From an uncultured Actinomycetota bacterium (lineage in GTDB: Bacteria > Actinomycetota > Actinomycetes > Propionibacteriales > Nocardioidaceae), in contig CAWAGJ010000006.1 in NCBI GenBank assembly GCA_963781475.1, positions 5,580 through 69,579 on the forward strand: a DNA stretch of 64,000 bases, read 5' to 3'. The notes under the pieces were generated by a model. That model was not told where the DNA came from. It searched no databases and saw only the letters and a program-made list of their open reading frames with translations. The position numbers and the translations under genes are program-made. How positions within the stretch are numbered: position 1 is the first letter of the stretch; each line of letters opens with the position of its first letter. Positions 27,129 through 35,942 of the stretch are shown in pieces.

Positions 27129-28369
27129 AGCGCCGCGCGGAACAGCGCTTCGACGTCGTCGGCCGACGCCGCCCGGGGGTTGGTGGACAGGCAGGCGTCG
27201 CCCAGCGTGGTCAGCGCCAGGCCGGGGACGTCCTCCTCGGTGACCCCGAGCGAGCGCAGGCCCCGGGGGACGCCGATGTCGTCGGCGAGCTGGCGTACGT
27301 GCTGGGCCAGGAGCTCGGCGGCCTCCTCGCCCGGGATGCCGAAGACCGGCAGCCCGGCCTGGGCGGCCAGCGCCACGAACCGGTCGGGCGTGGCGCGGGC
27401 GTTGTAGCGGATCACGTGCGGCAGGAGCACCCCGTTGACCACGCCGTGCGGCGCGTCCAGCAGCCCGCCGACCTGGTGGCTCATCGCGTGGGTCGCCCCG
27501 AGGATGGCGTTGGTGAAGGCCAGGCCGGCCTCCAGGCTGGCCTGCGCCATCTTCGCCCGGGCCGGCTCGGACCGGGGGTGCGTCATGGTCGAGCGCAGGT
27601 GCCGGCAGACCAGCCCCACGGCGTTCAGGGCGTGCACGTCGGCGAGCGGGTTGTGGGCCAGCGAGACGTACGCCTCGATCCCGTGGGTCAGCGCGTCGAG
27701 CCCGGTCGCGGCGTTGAGGTCCTCGGGCATCGTCACCAGCAGGCGGGGGTCGGTGATCGAGATGTCGGGCACCAGGGCGCGGCCCATGATGGTGATCTTC
27801 ACCGACCGCGCGGTGTCGGTGACGATGCAGAACTGGGAGACGTCGGCGCCGGTGCCCGAGGTGCTCGGGATCATCACCAGGGGCGGGATCGGCCTCGTGG
27901 CCCGGTCGACGCCGGCGTAGTCGAGGATGTCGCCGCCGTTGCCCTGCAGCACCGCGACCCCCTTCGCGGCGTCGATGACCGAGCCGCCGCCGATCCCGAC
28001 CACCACGTCGGCGCCGGACTCGACGTAGCGGGCGAACGCGGCGCGCACCTCGTGGTCCTTGGGGTTGGGCGTCACCGCGTGCCAGAGCACCGGGTCCAGG
28101 CCGGCGTCGCGGAGGTGGCGCAGCAGCTCGTCGGCCCACCCGGCCTCGATGATGCCGGGGTCGGTGACCACGAACGGGCGCCGGGCGCCGAGCCTGGCCG
28201 CGCTGAACCCGGCCTCGGCCAGCGACCCGTGACCGACCACCAGCTCGGGGGCGTGGAACTTCACCACGCCGGGCCGTCCCGACGGGATCGCGTCGAGGGC
28301 GGGAGGTGCGTGCGGCAGGTGCGGCTCGGGCCCGGTGCCGGACGAGCCGTGGGCGGCGGTGACGGTCAT
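27125..28369 (-). CDS. iron-containing (type III) alcohol dehydrogenase
   Basis: ATG at 28369, preceded by GGGGAG, within ORF 27125..28399. GGGSVIDAAKG, PSTSGTGADVS, and the His cluster LTHGIEAY...THAMSH. Confidence 0.9.
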   Translation of the reverse strand: MTVTAAHGSSGTGPEPHLPHAPPALDAIPSGRPGVVKFHAPELVVGHGSLAEAGFSAARLGARRPFVVTDPGIIEAGWADELLRHLRDAGLDPVLWHAVTPNPKDHEVRAAFARYVESGADVVVGIGGGSVIDAAKGVAVLQGNGGDILDYAGVDRATRPIPPLVMIPSTSGTGADVSQFCIVTDTARSVKITIMGRALVPDISITDPRLLVTMPEDLNAATGLDALTHGIEAYVSLAHNPLADVHALNAVGLVCRHLRSTMTHPRSEPARAKMAQASLEAGLAFTNAILGATHAMSHQVGGLLDAPHGVVNGVLLPHVIRYNARATPDRFVALAAQAGLPVFGIPGEEAAELLAQHVRQLADDIGVPRGLRSLGVTEEDVPGLALTTLGDACLSTNPRAASADDVEALFRAAL

Positions 28370-28465
28370 CGGTGGCTCCCCCTGGCAGGTCCGGTCCACG
28401 CTACGCCCGTAGGGATGAGGCGTCGAGACGGCCGCCGTCGGGTCGTCATCGGGTCGCCATCGGGG

Positions 28466-29587
28466 TCAGTGGTGGATCCGGCCGTCGCGGGTGGCGAGCC
28501 GGTCGCCCGTGCCACCCCACTGCGCGGCGACGATCTCGGCGGCGATGCTGATCGCGGTCTCCTCGGGGGTGCGCGCGCCGAGGTCCAGGCCGATCGGGCT
28601 GGAGAGCCGGGCGAGCTCCGCGTCGGTCAGGCCGGCCTCGCGCAACCGGTCGGTGCGGTCCTCGTGGGTGCGCCGCGAGCCCATCGCGCCGACGAAGGCC
28701 ACGGCCGGGAGCCGCAGGGCGACCTCGAGCAGCGGCACGTCGAACTTCGGGTCGTGGGTGAGCACCGTGACCACGGTCCGCTGGTCGACGCGGCCGGCCT
28801 CCTGCTCGGCGGCGAGGTAGCGGTGCGGCCAGTCGACGACCACCTCGTCGGCGTGGGCGAAGCGGCTGCGGGTGGCGAAGACGGGCCGGGCGTCGCAGAC
28901 CGTGACGTGGTAGCCCAGGAACGCCCCGACCCGGGCCACGGCGGCGGCGAAGTCGATGGCGCCGAAGACCAGCATCCGGGGCTTGGGGGCGAAGGCCCAC
29001 ACGAAGACCCGCATGCCCTCGCCGCGCCGCTCCCCGTCGGGGCCGTAGGTCAGGGTGGCGTTCGAGCCGGCGGCGAGCAGCCCGAGGGCGTCGTCGCGGA
29101 CCGCGTCGTCGGCGCGTGCCGAGCCCGTCCCGAACCCGGCGCCGGGCTCGTCGGGCCGCACCACCAGGCGACGACCGACCCAGGCGGGGTCCGGGTGGTC
29201 GACGACCGTCGCCAGGGCGACCGGCCGCCCGGCCCGGACGTCCTCGGCGATCCCGCCGAGCTCGGGGAAGGTCTCGCGCGAGACCTTCTCGACGAACACG
29301 TCGAGGATGCCGCCGCAGGTCAGGCCCACCGCGAAGGCGTCGTCGTCGGAGACGCCGTAGCGCTCCAGCACGGGCTCGCCGGAGCCGACCACGCTGCCCG
29401 CGAGGTCGTACACCGCGCCCTCGACGCAGCCGCCGGACACGGAGCCGACGGCGCTCTGGTCGGGGCCCACCAGCATGGAGGCGCCCGGGGGGCGGGGTGC
29501 GGAGCGGAACGTCGCGACGACGGTGCCGACGCCGACGGTCTCACCGGCCTCCCACCAGGTCATCAGCTCCTCGAGGACCTCACGCAC
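28466..29587 (-). CDS. XdhC/CoxF/CoxI-family molybdoenzyme maturation protein
   Basis: ORF 28466..29587. GTG start overlaps coxE by 8 nt; an alternative ATG is at 29563. XdhC_CoxI N-domain (GTVVATFRSAPRPPGA) and a Rossmann-like C-domain (MLVFGAIDFA). Confidence 0.88.
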   Translation of the reverse strand: MREVLEELMTWWEAGETVGVGTVVATFRSAPRPPGASMLVGPDQSAVGSVSGGCVEGAVYDLAGSVVGSGEPVLERYGVSDDDAFAVGLTCGGILDVFVEKVSRETFPELGGIAEDVRAGRPVALATVVDHPDPAWVGRRLVVRPDEPGAGFGTGSARADDAVRDDALGLLAAGSNATLTYGPDGERRGEGMRVFVWAFAPKPRMLVFGAIDFAAAVARVGAFLGYHVTVCDARPVFATRSRFAHADEVVVDWPHRYLAAEQEAGRVDQRTVVTVLTHDPKFDVPLLEVALRLPAVAFVGAMGSRRTHEDRTDRLREAGLTDAELARLSSPIGLDLGARTPEETAISIAAEIVAAQWGGTGDRLATRDGRIHH

Positions 29588-30725
29588 GGGCCAGCACCTC
29601 CACCAGCTCCGAGAAGGTGGCCAGGGAGTGCCCGGCGAGGAAGTCGTCCACGTGGGGCAGCACCGCCAGCACGCCGGCCTGCACCGGCTCGTAGCCGTCC
29701 TTGCCCCGGTGCGGGTTCACCCACACCACGCGGTGCGACACCCGCCGCAGCCGGCGCACCTGCTCGCCCAGCAGCCGGCAGTCGCCCCGCTCCCAGCCGT
29801 CGCTGAAGATCACCACGACCGAGCCACGGGCCAGGCCGCGCCGGCCCCAGCGGTCGACGAACACCTTGAGCGTCTCGCCCAGGCGGGTCCCGCCGGACCA
29901 GTCCGAGACGGCGTCCCCGGCGGCGACCAGCGCCCGCTCGGGGTCGCGCAGCCGCATCGCGCGGGTCAGGTGGGTCAACCGGGTGCCGACGGTGAAGGTC
30001 TCGACCCGCCCGCCCCGGGCGGCGAGCACGGTGGTGGTGCGGTGGGCCAGGCGCAGGAGCGCGTCGGCGTACCCGCTCATCGAGCCGGAGACGTCGACCA
30101 GCAGCACCACCCGGCGGGGCTTGGTGGTCCGGCGCCGCCACACGATCTCGGTCGGCTCGCCGAGGCGGCGCAGGCTGGCGCGCAGGGTGCGCGAGGCGTC
30201 GACCTCACCGCGGTGCCAGCGCTGGTGGCGCGCGGTGCGCCGACGCGGAGGGCGCGGCTGGAGGGTGGCGAACATCGCCGCCAGGCGGCTCTTCTCCCCC
30301 GCGTCGAGCGTGGCGACGTCGCGGTGACGCAGCACCTCGGCCCCGCTGGCCTTGGCCCGCACCACGTCGTCGTCCTCCTCGCCGGCCCCGCCGCCGGCGG
30401 GGTCGTCGAGCGGCAGCGTGGTCGGCACGGGCTGGGAGGCCGGGGACGCGGCCCTGGCGCGGGGCAGGCCGGCGCGGTGGTCGAAGAACGCCTCGAAGAC
30501 CTGGTCGTAGCGGTCGAGGTCGTCGGGCGAGCCGCACAGCGTGGCGCGTCCGGCGGCGTAGGTCGCCGACACGTCGTCGAGCCCGACCACCGCCGTCGCG
30601 GCCAGGAACGTCTGGGAGCGGTCGGAGGTGACCGGGACCCCCGCCGCGCGGAGCGCGGTGGTGAAGGCGAGCAGCACCTCGTCGGGGCCGTGGCCCAGCA
30701 GCCCGGCGCTGATCGAGACGGTCAT
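29580..30725 (-). CDS. coxE: CoxE-like VWA-domain protein
   Basis: ORF 29580..30725. CoxE N-terminus (LLAFTTALRAAGVPVTSDRSQTFL) and MIDAS VDVSGSM. Overlaps coxD by 4 nt. Confidence 0.9.
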   Translation of the reverse strand: MTVSISAGLLGHGPDEVLLAFTTALRAAGVPVTSDRSQTFLAATAVVGLDDVSATYAAGRATLCGSPDDLDRYDQVFEAFFDHRAGLPRARAASPASQPVPTTLPLDDPAGGGAGEEDDDVVRAKASGAEVLRHRDVATLDAGEKSRLAAMFATLQPRPPRRRTARHQRWHRGEVDASRTLRASLRRLGEPTEIVWRRRTTKPRRVVLLVDVSGSMSGYADALLRLAHRTTTVLAARGGRVETFTVGTRLTHLTRAMRLRDPERALVAAGDAVSDWSGGTRLGETLKVFVDRWGRRGLARGSVVVIFSDGWERGDCRLLGEQVRRLRRVSHRVVWVNPHRGKDGYEPVQAGVLAVLPHVDDFLAGHSLATFSELVEVLARA

Positions 30726-31621
30726 GCGCGCATCACCTGGTCGAGCGCGTGACGCACCTTGTCGGCGTCCTCCCGGTACTTCACCAGGGCGCCCAGGGTG
30801 GCCGCGGACGTCTCGAGGTCGAGCTCGGTGGCGCCGAGGTGGGCCAGCGCCCGCGCCCAGTCGAGGGTCTCGGCCACGCCCGGCGGCTTCTCCAGGTCGT
30901 CGCGGGCGCGCAGGTCCTGGACGAGGGAGACGACCTGACGGGCCAGCACCTGACCGATCTCGGGCGCCCGGGACCGCATGATCTCCACCTCGCGCTCGAG
31001 ACCCGGGTGGTCGATCCAGTGGTACAGGCAGCGCCGCTTCAGCGCGTCGTGCAGCTCACGGGTCCGGTTGGAGGTCAGCACCACCAGCGGCGGCTCGGCC
31101 GCGGCGACCGTGCCGAGCTCGGGGATCGAGACCCGGTAGGTCGACAGCACCTCCAGCAGGAAGGCCTCGAACTCGTCGTCGGCGCGGTCCACCTCGTCGA
31201 CCAGCAGCACCGCGGGGCTCTGCTGGAGCGCGGCCAGGATCGGGCGCGCCAGCAGGAAGCGCTCGTCGTAGAGGCTCTTCTCGGCCTCCTCCACGCCGCT
31301 GTCCGCCCCGGCGGCCTCGAGGGCGCGCAGGTGGAGGACCTGGCGCGGGAAGTCCCAGTCGTACAGCGCCTGGCTGGCGTCGATCCCCTCGTAGCACTGC
31401 AGCCGCACCAGCGGCAGCCCGAACGACTCGGCGAGCGCCTCGGCCAGGGCGGTCTTGCCGGTGCCCGGCTCGCCCTCGAGCAGCAGCGGGCGCTGCATCC
31501 GTACGGCCAGGAACGCCACCGTCGCCAGCTCGGGGTCGGCGAGGTAGCCCGTCGCACCCAGGCGCGCGGCCATCGAGGCCGGGGACAGGTCCGGGGAGGA
31601 CGCGAGTGTCACCATGGTCAC
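30722..31621 (-). CDS. coxD: CoxD/MoxR-like AAA+ ATPase
   Basis: ORF 30722..31621 (GTG start; in-frame ATG two codons later). Walker A GEPGTGKT, Walker B LLVDEVDRA, and RLQCYEGIDASQALYDWDF. Confidence 0.92.
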   Translation of the reverse strand: MTMVTLASSPDLSPASMAARLGATGYLADPELATVAFLAVRMQRPLLLEGEPGTGKTALAEALAESFGLPLVRLQCYEGIDASQALYDWDFPRQVLHLRALEAAGADSGVEEAEKSLYDERFLLARPILAALQQSPAVLLVDEVDRADDEFEAFLLEVLSTYRVSIPELGTVAAAEPPLVVLTSNRTRELHDALKRRCLYHWIDHPGLEREVEIMRSRAPEIGQVLARQVVSLVQDLRARDDLEKPPGVAETLDWARALAHLGATELDLETSAATLGALVKYREDADKVRHALDQVMRA

Positions 31622-31649
31622 AATCTAGGTCGGTGCTGTTGGCGGCTGG

Positions 31650-31705
31650 TTGGTCACCCGCCGAGGTGACGCCCGCAACGCATCGAGGTGACGCTCGCGG
31701 CGCGG
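31650..31705 (+). repeat. 22-bp repeat array F (2 units, GAGGTGAC orientation, plus an abutting inverted half-unit)
   Basis: Cores CCGAGGTGAC at 31661 and TCGAGGTGAC at 31683 (22-bp spacing). GGTCACC at 31653 forms GTCACC-N6-GGTGAC with the first core. Confidence 0.7.
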
Positions 31706-31757
31706 CCGGACGTACGACCCACCCCGGCGGGCCGCACACCGGAGGCAGACTGGGCCG

Positions 31758-32135
31758 GTGAGCACGCCCGAGCCGAAGACCTGCGCGTCCTGCGGGCGCA
31801 CCATCGAGTGGCGCAAGAAGTGGGAGCGCGACTGGGACCAGGTGCGCTACTGCTCCACGGCGTGCCGCAAGCGGGGTGTGAGCAGGACCGACGAGGCGCT
31901 CGAGCAGAGCATCCGCGACCTGCTCGCCGCCCGGTCCCGCGGCAGCACCATCTGTCCCTCCGACGCGGCCCGGGCGGTCGGTCCGGCCGAGGACGAGGGG
32001 TGGCGCGAGCTGATGGAGCCGGCGCGCCGGGCCGCGCGCCGGATGGTGGCCGCCGGGGAGGTGGTCGTCACCCAGGGCGGCCGGGTCGTCGACCCGTCGA
32101 CGGCGAAGGGCGCGATCCGCATCCGTCGGGCCTGA
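31758..32135 (+). CDS. DUF2256 zinc-ribbon + DUF3253 fusion protein
   Basis: ORF 31758..32135. [29 protein letters not shown] is the DUF2256 signature. ...[10 protein letters not shown]....[28 protein letters not shown]....GAIRIR is DUF3253-like. Confidence 0.8.
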   Translation: MSTPEPKTCASCGRTIEWRKKWERDWDQVRYCSTACRKRGVSRTDEALEQSIRDLLAARSRGSTICPSDAARAVGPAEDEGWRELMEPARRAARRMVAAGEVVVTQGGRVVDPSTAKGAIRIRRA

Positions 32136-32148
32136 CGTGCCGGGCCGC

Positions 32149-33123
32149 TCAGCGGGCCCGGATGCGGGTCACCCAGAACCGCTTCGCGTCCGGCGTGCTG
32201 AAGCGCGCGTTCGGGAGGTAGAGCCCACCCCGCGCGGACGCCACCGTCGTCGGGACGTCGAAGTCCGGGCTGCTGCCCCGCTCCAGCAGCACCGCGCGGC
32301 GCCCACCGGGCGAGACGCGCAGGGCCGCCACGAGGTTGCGGGCGTTCTGCACGGCGTAGAGCGTGCGGCCCTCCAGCAGCAGGCCGTCGCCGTCGGCCAG
32401 CCGCACCCCCCCGGTGCGCACCCGGGTGGCCTCACCGGTGCCGGGGTCGACCCGGAACAGCAGCCCGGTCGAGGTCTGGACCACCAGCAGGGCGCGCTCG
32501 TTCGGCGTGGGCGCGATCCCGTTCGCGTTCAGGCCCTCGGTCTGCTCCCACTCGCCGGTCAGCGGGACCGTGCGCAGCGCGCCCTGCGCGCGCAGGTCCC
32601 GGCGTACGGGCACCCGGTAGAGCTGCGGCTGCAGGCTGTCGGTGAACCAGGCGGCGTGGCCGGTGAGGACCACGTCGTTGACGAAGCTGGGTTCGGCACC
32701 GACGTCGTAGGTGGCCAGCACCTCCCCGTCGGCGGTGTCGACGACGCGCGCGTCCCCTCCGCTGCCACCGGCGACCCAGAGCCGCTTGCGGCGGTCCAGC
32801 TTCAGGCCCAGCGACGGGGTGCCCGGTCCCTCGCTGAGGACGCGGGTGCGACCCGTGCGCAGCTGCAGCCGCAGGAGGTCACCGTTCTCCCGGTTCCCGA
32901 GGTAGGCGACCGGACGTCGGCGGTCCGTGGCGATCCCCTCGGGGGCGAACGAGCGCGGGAGGTCGAGGTGGCGCGGGTACGCGGGCCGCGCCGCGTCGTC
33001 CGCGGCGCCGGCAGCTGCCACGGGGCTCGCCGACGACACGGTCAGCGCGAGCGTCGCCGCGAGCAGGCCGCCGACGAGACGGGCGGGTCGGGGGCGGGGG
33101 CGGGCGGACGCGGTGCGGGTCAT
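32149..33123 (-). CDS. secreted beta-propeller protein (SMP-30/gluconolactonase/LRE-like)
   Basis: ORF 32149..33123. Signal peptide (LVGGLLAATLALTVSSASPVAAAGA). Repeated blade-like segments with PEGIA..., ...LWVAGG..., ANGIAPT.... Confidence 0.7.
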   Translation of the reverse strand: MTRTASARPRPRPARLVGGLLAATLALTVSSASPVAAAGAADDAARPAYPRHLDLPRSFAPEGIATDRRRPVAYLGNRENGDLLRLQLRTGRTRVLSEGPGTPSLGLKLDRRKRLWVAGGSGGDARVVDTADGEVLATYDVGAEPSFVNDVVLTGHAAWFTDSLQPQLYRVPVRRDLRAQGALRTVPLTGEWEQTEGLNANGIAPTPNERALLVVQTSTGLLFRVDPGTGEATRVRTGGVRLADGDGLLLEGRTLYAVQNARNLVAALRVSPGGRRAVLLERGSSPDFDVPTTVASARGGLYLPNARFSTPDAKRFWVTRIRAR

Positions 33124-33196
33124 GGTGCTCCTCGGGTCGGTGCGGCGAGGCTACCCACGGCGTACCACCCCCGGGGTCGACCGTCGCACCCCTCGG

Positions 33197-34117
33197 TCAC
33201 GACCCGTCGAGGACCGCGGCGGCCGCGGTCAGCATCGGGCGGCCGACCGTGCGCGAGCCGATCGAGGTGACGTACAGCCCGGTGGAGACCCGCTCGAGGA
33301 AGGCCCACTCCCCCACCGCCTCCGGGTCGGTGCCGGTGGCGGCGGCGGCCTGCGCGCACCAGCCGCGGAGGCGGCGGGCGGCCGTCGCCGGGTCCTGCAG
33401 GTGGGAGGAGAGGTCGCGCAGCGCGACCCCGACGTCGTGGGCCCGCTCGCCGGGGGTGCCCTCGGCGTCGACCAGCAGCCACCCGGTGGGGGCGTCGGGG
33501 GCGCGCAGCAGGTTGGCGGGGTGGGCGTCACCGTGGGTGACCACGCAGCGCGCGGGGTCGTGCGCCGCGGACCGGCGGGCGGCGCACCGGCGGGCGTGGT
33601 CGAGGACCGCCGGTGACGCGTCGTGCGGGGCGCGGGCGGCCAGGTCGTCCAGGCCGCGGGCCAGGTCGGCGGCACGGTCGGGGACGCACGCCGGCAGGGG
33701 CGGGGCCGGCGCGGACCACGCCTCGAGCAGCGTGGCCGCCAGCGCGGCCACCGCGTCCTCGACCGGCAGCGGCGTCTGCGCCAGCGACCGGCCGAGCCCG
33801 TCGAGCAGCAGCGCCTGCCGGCGGGGGTCGTACGCGCGCAGGCGGACGTGCCCCCGGCCCGCGGCGGCGGCCAGCACCTCCGCCTGGCGGGCGAGGTCCA
33901 CCCCGGGGGCGGCGACCTTGACCGCGCGGGCGGCACCCTGGGCGGTGCGGGCCGGGAGGACGACGCCGTTGCTGCCACCGGGCAGCGAGCGTCGCTCGAC
34001 CCGGACCTCCCACTGCTCCTCGACCTCGTCGAGGAGCCCGGGCAGCCCGGCGAGCCAGGCCTCCCCCGCGGCGCCCAGACCCGCCAGCCGGCGGCGCGCG
34101 AGCGGCTGCAGCCGCAC
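33197..34117 (-). CDS. aminoglycoside/streptomycin-kinase-like phosphotransferase (APH family)
   Basis: 3' part of ORF 33197..35596. GTG at 34117, 2 nt after the upstream stop. Brenner-type motif VVTHGDAHPANLL and LLVDAEG. Confidence 0.7.
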   Translation of the reverse strand: MRLQPLARRRLAGLGAAGEAWLAGLPGLLDEVEEQWEVRVERRSLPGGSNGVVLPARTAQGAARAVKVAAPGVDLARQAEVLAAAAGRGHVRLRAYDPRRQALLLDGLGRSLAQTPLPVEDAVAALAATLLEAWSAPAPPLPACVPDRAADLARGLDDLAARAPHDASPAVLDHARRCAARRSAAHDPARCVVTHGDAHPANLLRAPDAPTGWLLVDAEGTPGERAHDVGVALRDLSSHLQDPATAARRLRGWCAQAAAATGTDPEAVGEWAFLERVSTGLYVTSIGSRTVGRPMLTAAAAVLDGS

Positions 34118-34119
34118 CG

Positions 34120-34620
34120 TCAGAGGAGCCAGCGTCCGAGCACCGCGCCGAGCAGGACGACCCCGAGCGCGAGCAGGGCCACGATCCGCGGCAGCAGGCT
34201 GTGCGCGACGACGGGCGTCGCCCGTCCGGACGGGTCGACGTGCAGCGTCACCGGGGTTCCCGACGGGTGCGGGCGGCGTACGGCCGGCGGGACGGCGGTC
34301 TCGGTCTCCGCGCCGTCCTGGTCGCGGTGGCGCACGACCCGGTAGCGCGCCCCCTCCGTCACCCGCTGGTCGCCGGTGAACGCGCGCGGACGGCCCGTGG
34401 TGCCGACCACGACGCCCTCGACCGTGGGCCACTGACGGTGCGCCGGCCGCCCGGCGAGGAACGCCCGCAGCTGGCGACCACCGGCCACCAGGGCGACGAC
34501 GCCGCCGACGGTGGCGAGGACGCTCAGGACGATCCACCGCGCGTCGTCGGGCTCCAGCGCGGCGGGCAGCAGGGTCGGCAGCGCGGTCGGCAGCGAGATC
34601 GGGAGGAGCGTGGACGTCAC
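34120..34620 (-). CDS. membrane protein, DUF3592-like (two TM segments flanking a soluble domain)
   Basis: ORF 34120..34620. TM at WIVLSVLATVGGVVALVAGG and C-terminal TM RIVALLALGVVLLGAVLG. Confidence 0.6.
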   Translation of the reverse strand: MTSTLLPISLPTALPTLLPAALEPDDARWIVLSVLATVGGVVALVAGGRQLRAFLAGRPAHRQWPTVEGVVVGTTGRPRAFTGDQRVTEGARYRVVRHRDQDGAETETAVPPAVRRPHPSGTPVTLHVDPSGRATPVVAHSLLPRIVALLALGVVLLGAVLGRWLL

Positions 34621-34629
34621 GCTCCGATC

Positions 34630-35205
34630 CTAGGAGGGGGCCGGGTGGTCCTGGTCGGCCCCGCCGGCCAGGTCGCCGCACTCGACGAGGCGGACCTCGG
34701 TGCGGTGCGCACGCAGGTACGCCCGCGCGCCCTCGTCGCCCTCGGCGGTGGCCCTCACCCCGTCCCAGTGGTCGCGGCCCAGGACGACCGGGTGGCCGGG
34801 CTGCCCGTCGTACGCCGCGCGGGCCAGCGTCCCGGGGCCCGCGGCGGGCAGCAGGCGGGCGACGACGGCGGGGACGAGGTCGGGCAGGTCGACGAGGAGC
34901 ACCAGCACGGCGTCGGGGAGGTCGGGGCGGTCGGGGCGGTCGAGGTGGGCCAGTCCGGCGACCAGGGACGCGGAGAGCCCGTCGGACCACTGCTCGGCCA
35001 CGACCACCTCGACGCCGGCGGGCACCAGCGGGCGCGCCTCGTCGGCCCGGGCACCGAGGACGACGACCACCCGGTCGCAGCCGCCGTCGCGCAGCACGGT
35101 GACCGCGCGGTGCAGCCAGGGCCGGCCGTCGGCGTCGTGCACCAGCGCCTTGGGCATGCCCATCCGGCTGCCGGCGCCGGCGGCGAGCAGGAGCCCGGTG
35201 CTCAG
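34630..35205 (-). CDS. MobA/MocA-like nucleotidyltransferase (molybdenum cofactor cytidylyltransferase-like); start codon unresolved
   Basis: 3' part of ORF 34630..35976. GLLLAAGAGSRMGMPKAL glycine-rich NTP-binding motif. No in-frame ATG/GTG/TTG in about 40 codons upstream of the motif. The only nearby candidate is CTG at 35205, overlapping the upstream stop (CTGA). Confidence 0.7.
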   Translation of the reverse strand: MSTGLLLAAGAGSRMGMPKALVHDADGRPWLHRAVTVLRDGGCDRVVVVLGARADEARPLVPAGVEVVVAEQWSDGLSASLVAGLAHLDRPDRPDLPDAVLVLLVDLPDLVPAVVARLLPAAGPGTLARAAYDGQPGHPVVLGRDHWDGVRATAEGDEGARAYLRAHRTEVRLVECGDLAGGADQDHPAPS

Positions 35206-35942
35206 GAGAACGCCCGGTCGTAGAGGGCGCGCCGGCGCGGGTCGGCCTCGCCGCTGAAGCCGCAGAGCGTGACCGAGCCGCCGGACGCCGAGACCAGGTA
35301 GCTGCTGCCCTCGGTGAACTCGGGGGCCAGCAGCAGCCCGCGCAGGCGGTCGTCGACGGGGTCGACCTCGACGGTCGCGGCGTCCCCGCCGCGGAACCAG
35401 GTGCCGACACTGAAGGTGAGCGCCTCGTCGGTGGCCTCGACCAGGGTCCCCTCGAAGGCGAGGTCCTGGTTCTGCAGGACGCCGACGTCGGGGACCATGC
35501 ACCGCGCCCCGGCGGCGTCGGCGTCCGGCAGGGCCAGCCGGACGACGTCGGTGGGCGCGTCGGTGGGCGCGTCGGGGGGCCCGTCGGTGGTCGCATCGGG
35601 GTCGGTGGTGGGGGTGGTGCTGGTGGGCGCGCCGGCCGTGGTCCCGGCGACCTCCTCCGGCCCGCTGAGCGCGCGGACCCCCGCCCATCCTGCCCCGGCG
35701 ACGACCAGGACGGCCGCCGCGGCCCCGACCCAGGCCAGGGGGTGCCGGTGCCGGGTGCCGGCCTCGCGGGTGGCGTGCCCGTCGGGGGTGCGGTGCGGGT
35801 CGTGCTCGGTCATGGCGGCCTCCAGGGAGCGGGTGCGCTCGGCGTCGGTCAGGGGCGGCAGGGCGCGGACCGGGTCGGCGGCGCGGAGCAGCGCGCGCAG
35901 CCCGTCCCGGTCGTCGTGGTCGCGGTCGTGCTCGTCGGTCAT
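35202..35942 (-). CDS. putative anti-sigma factor / membrane protein downstream of ECF sigma
   Basis: ATG at 35942 (MTDEHDRDHDD...) in ORF 35202..36650. Single TM (LAWVGAAAAVLVVAGAGWAGV) and a Thr/Pro/Asp-rich linker. ATGA overlap with the sigma gene stop. Confidence 0.65.
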   Translation of the reverse strand: MTDEHDRDHDDRDGLRALLRAADPVRALPPLTDAERTRSLEAAMTEHDPHRTPDGHATREAGTRHRHPLAWVGAAAAVLVVAGAGWAGVRALSGPEEVAGTTAGAPTSTTPTTDPDATTDGPPDAPTDAPTDVVRLALPDADAAGARCMVPDVGVLQNQDLAFEGTLVEATDEALTFSVGTWFRGGDAATVEVDPVDDRLRGLLLAPEFTEGSSYLVSASGGSVTLCGFSGEADPRRRALYDRAFS

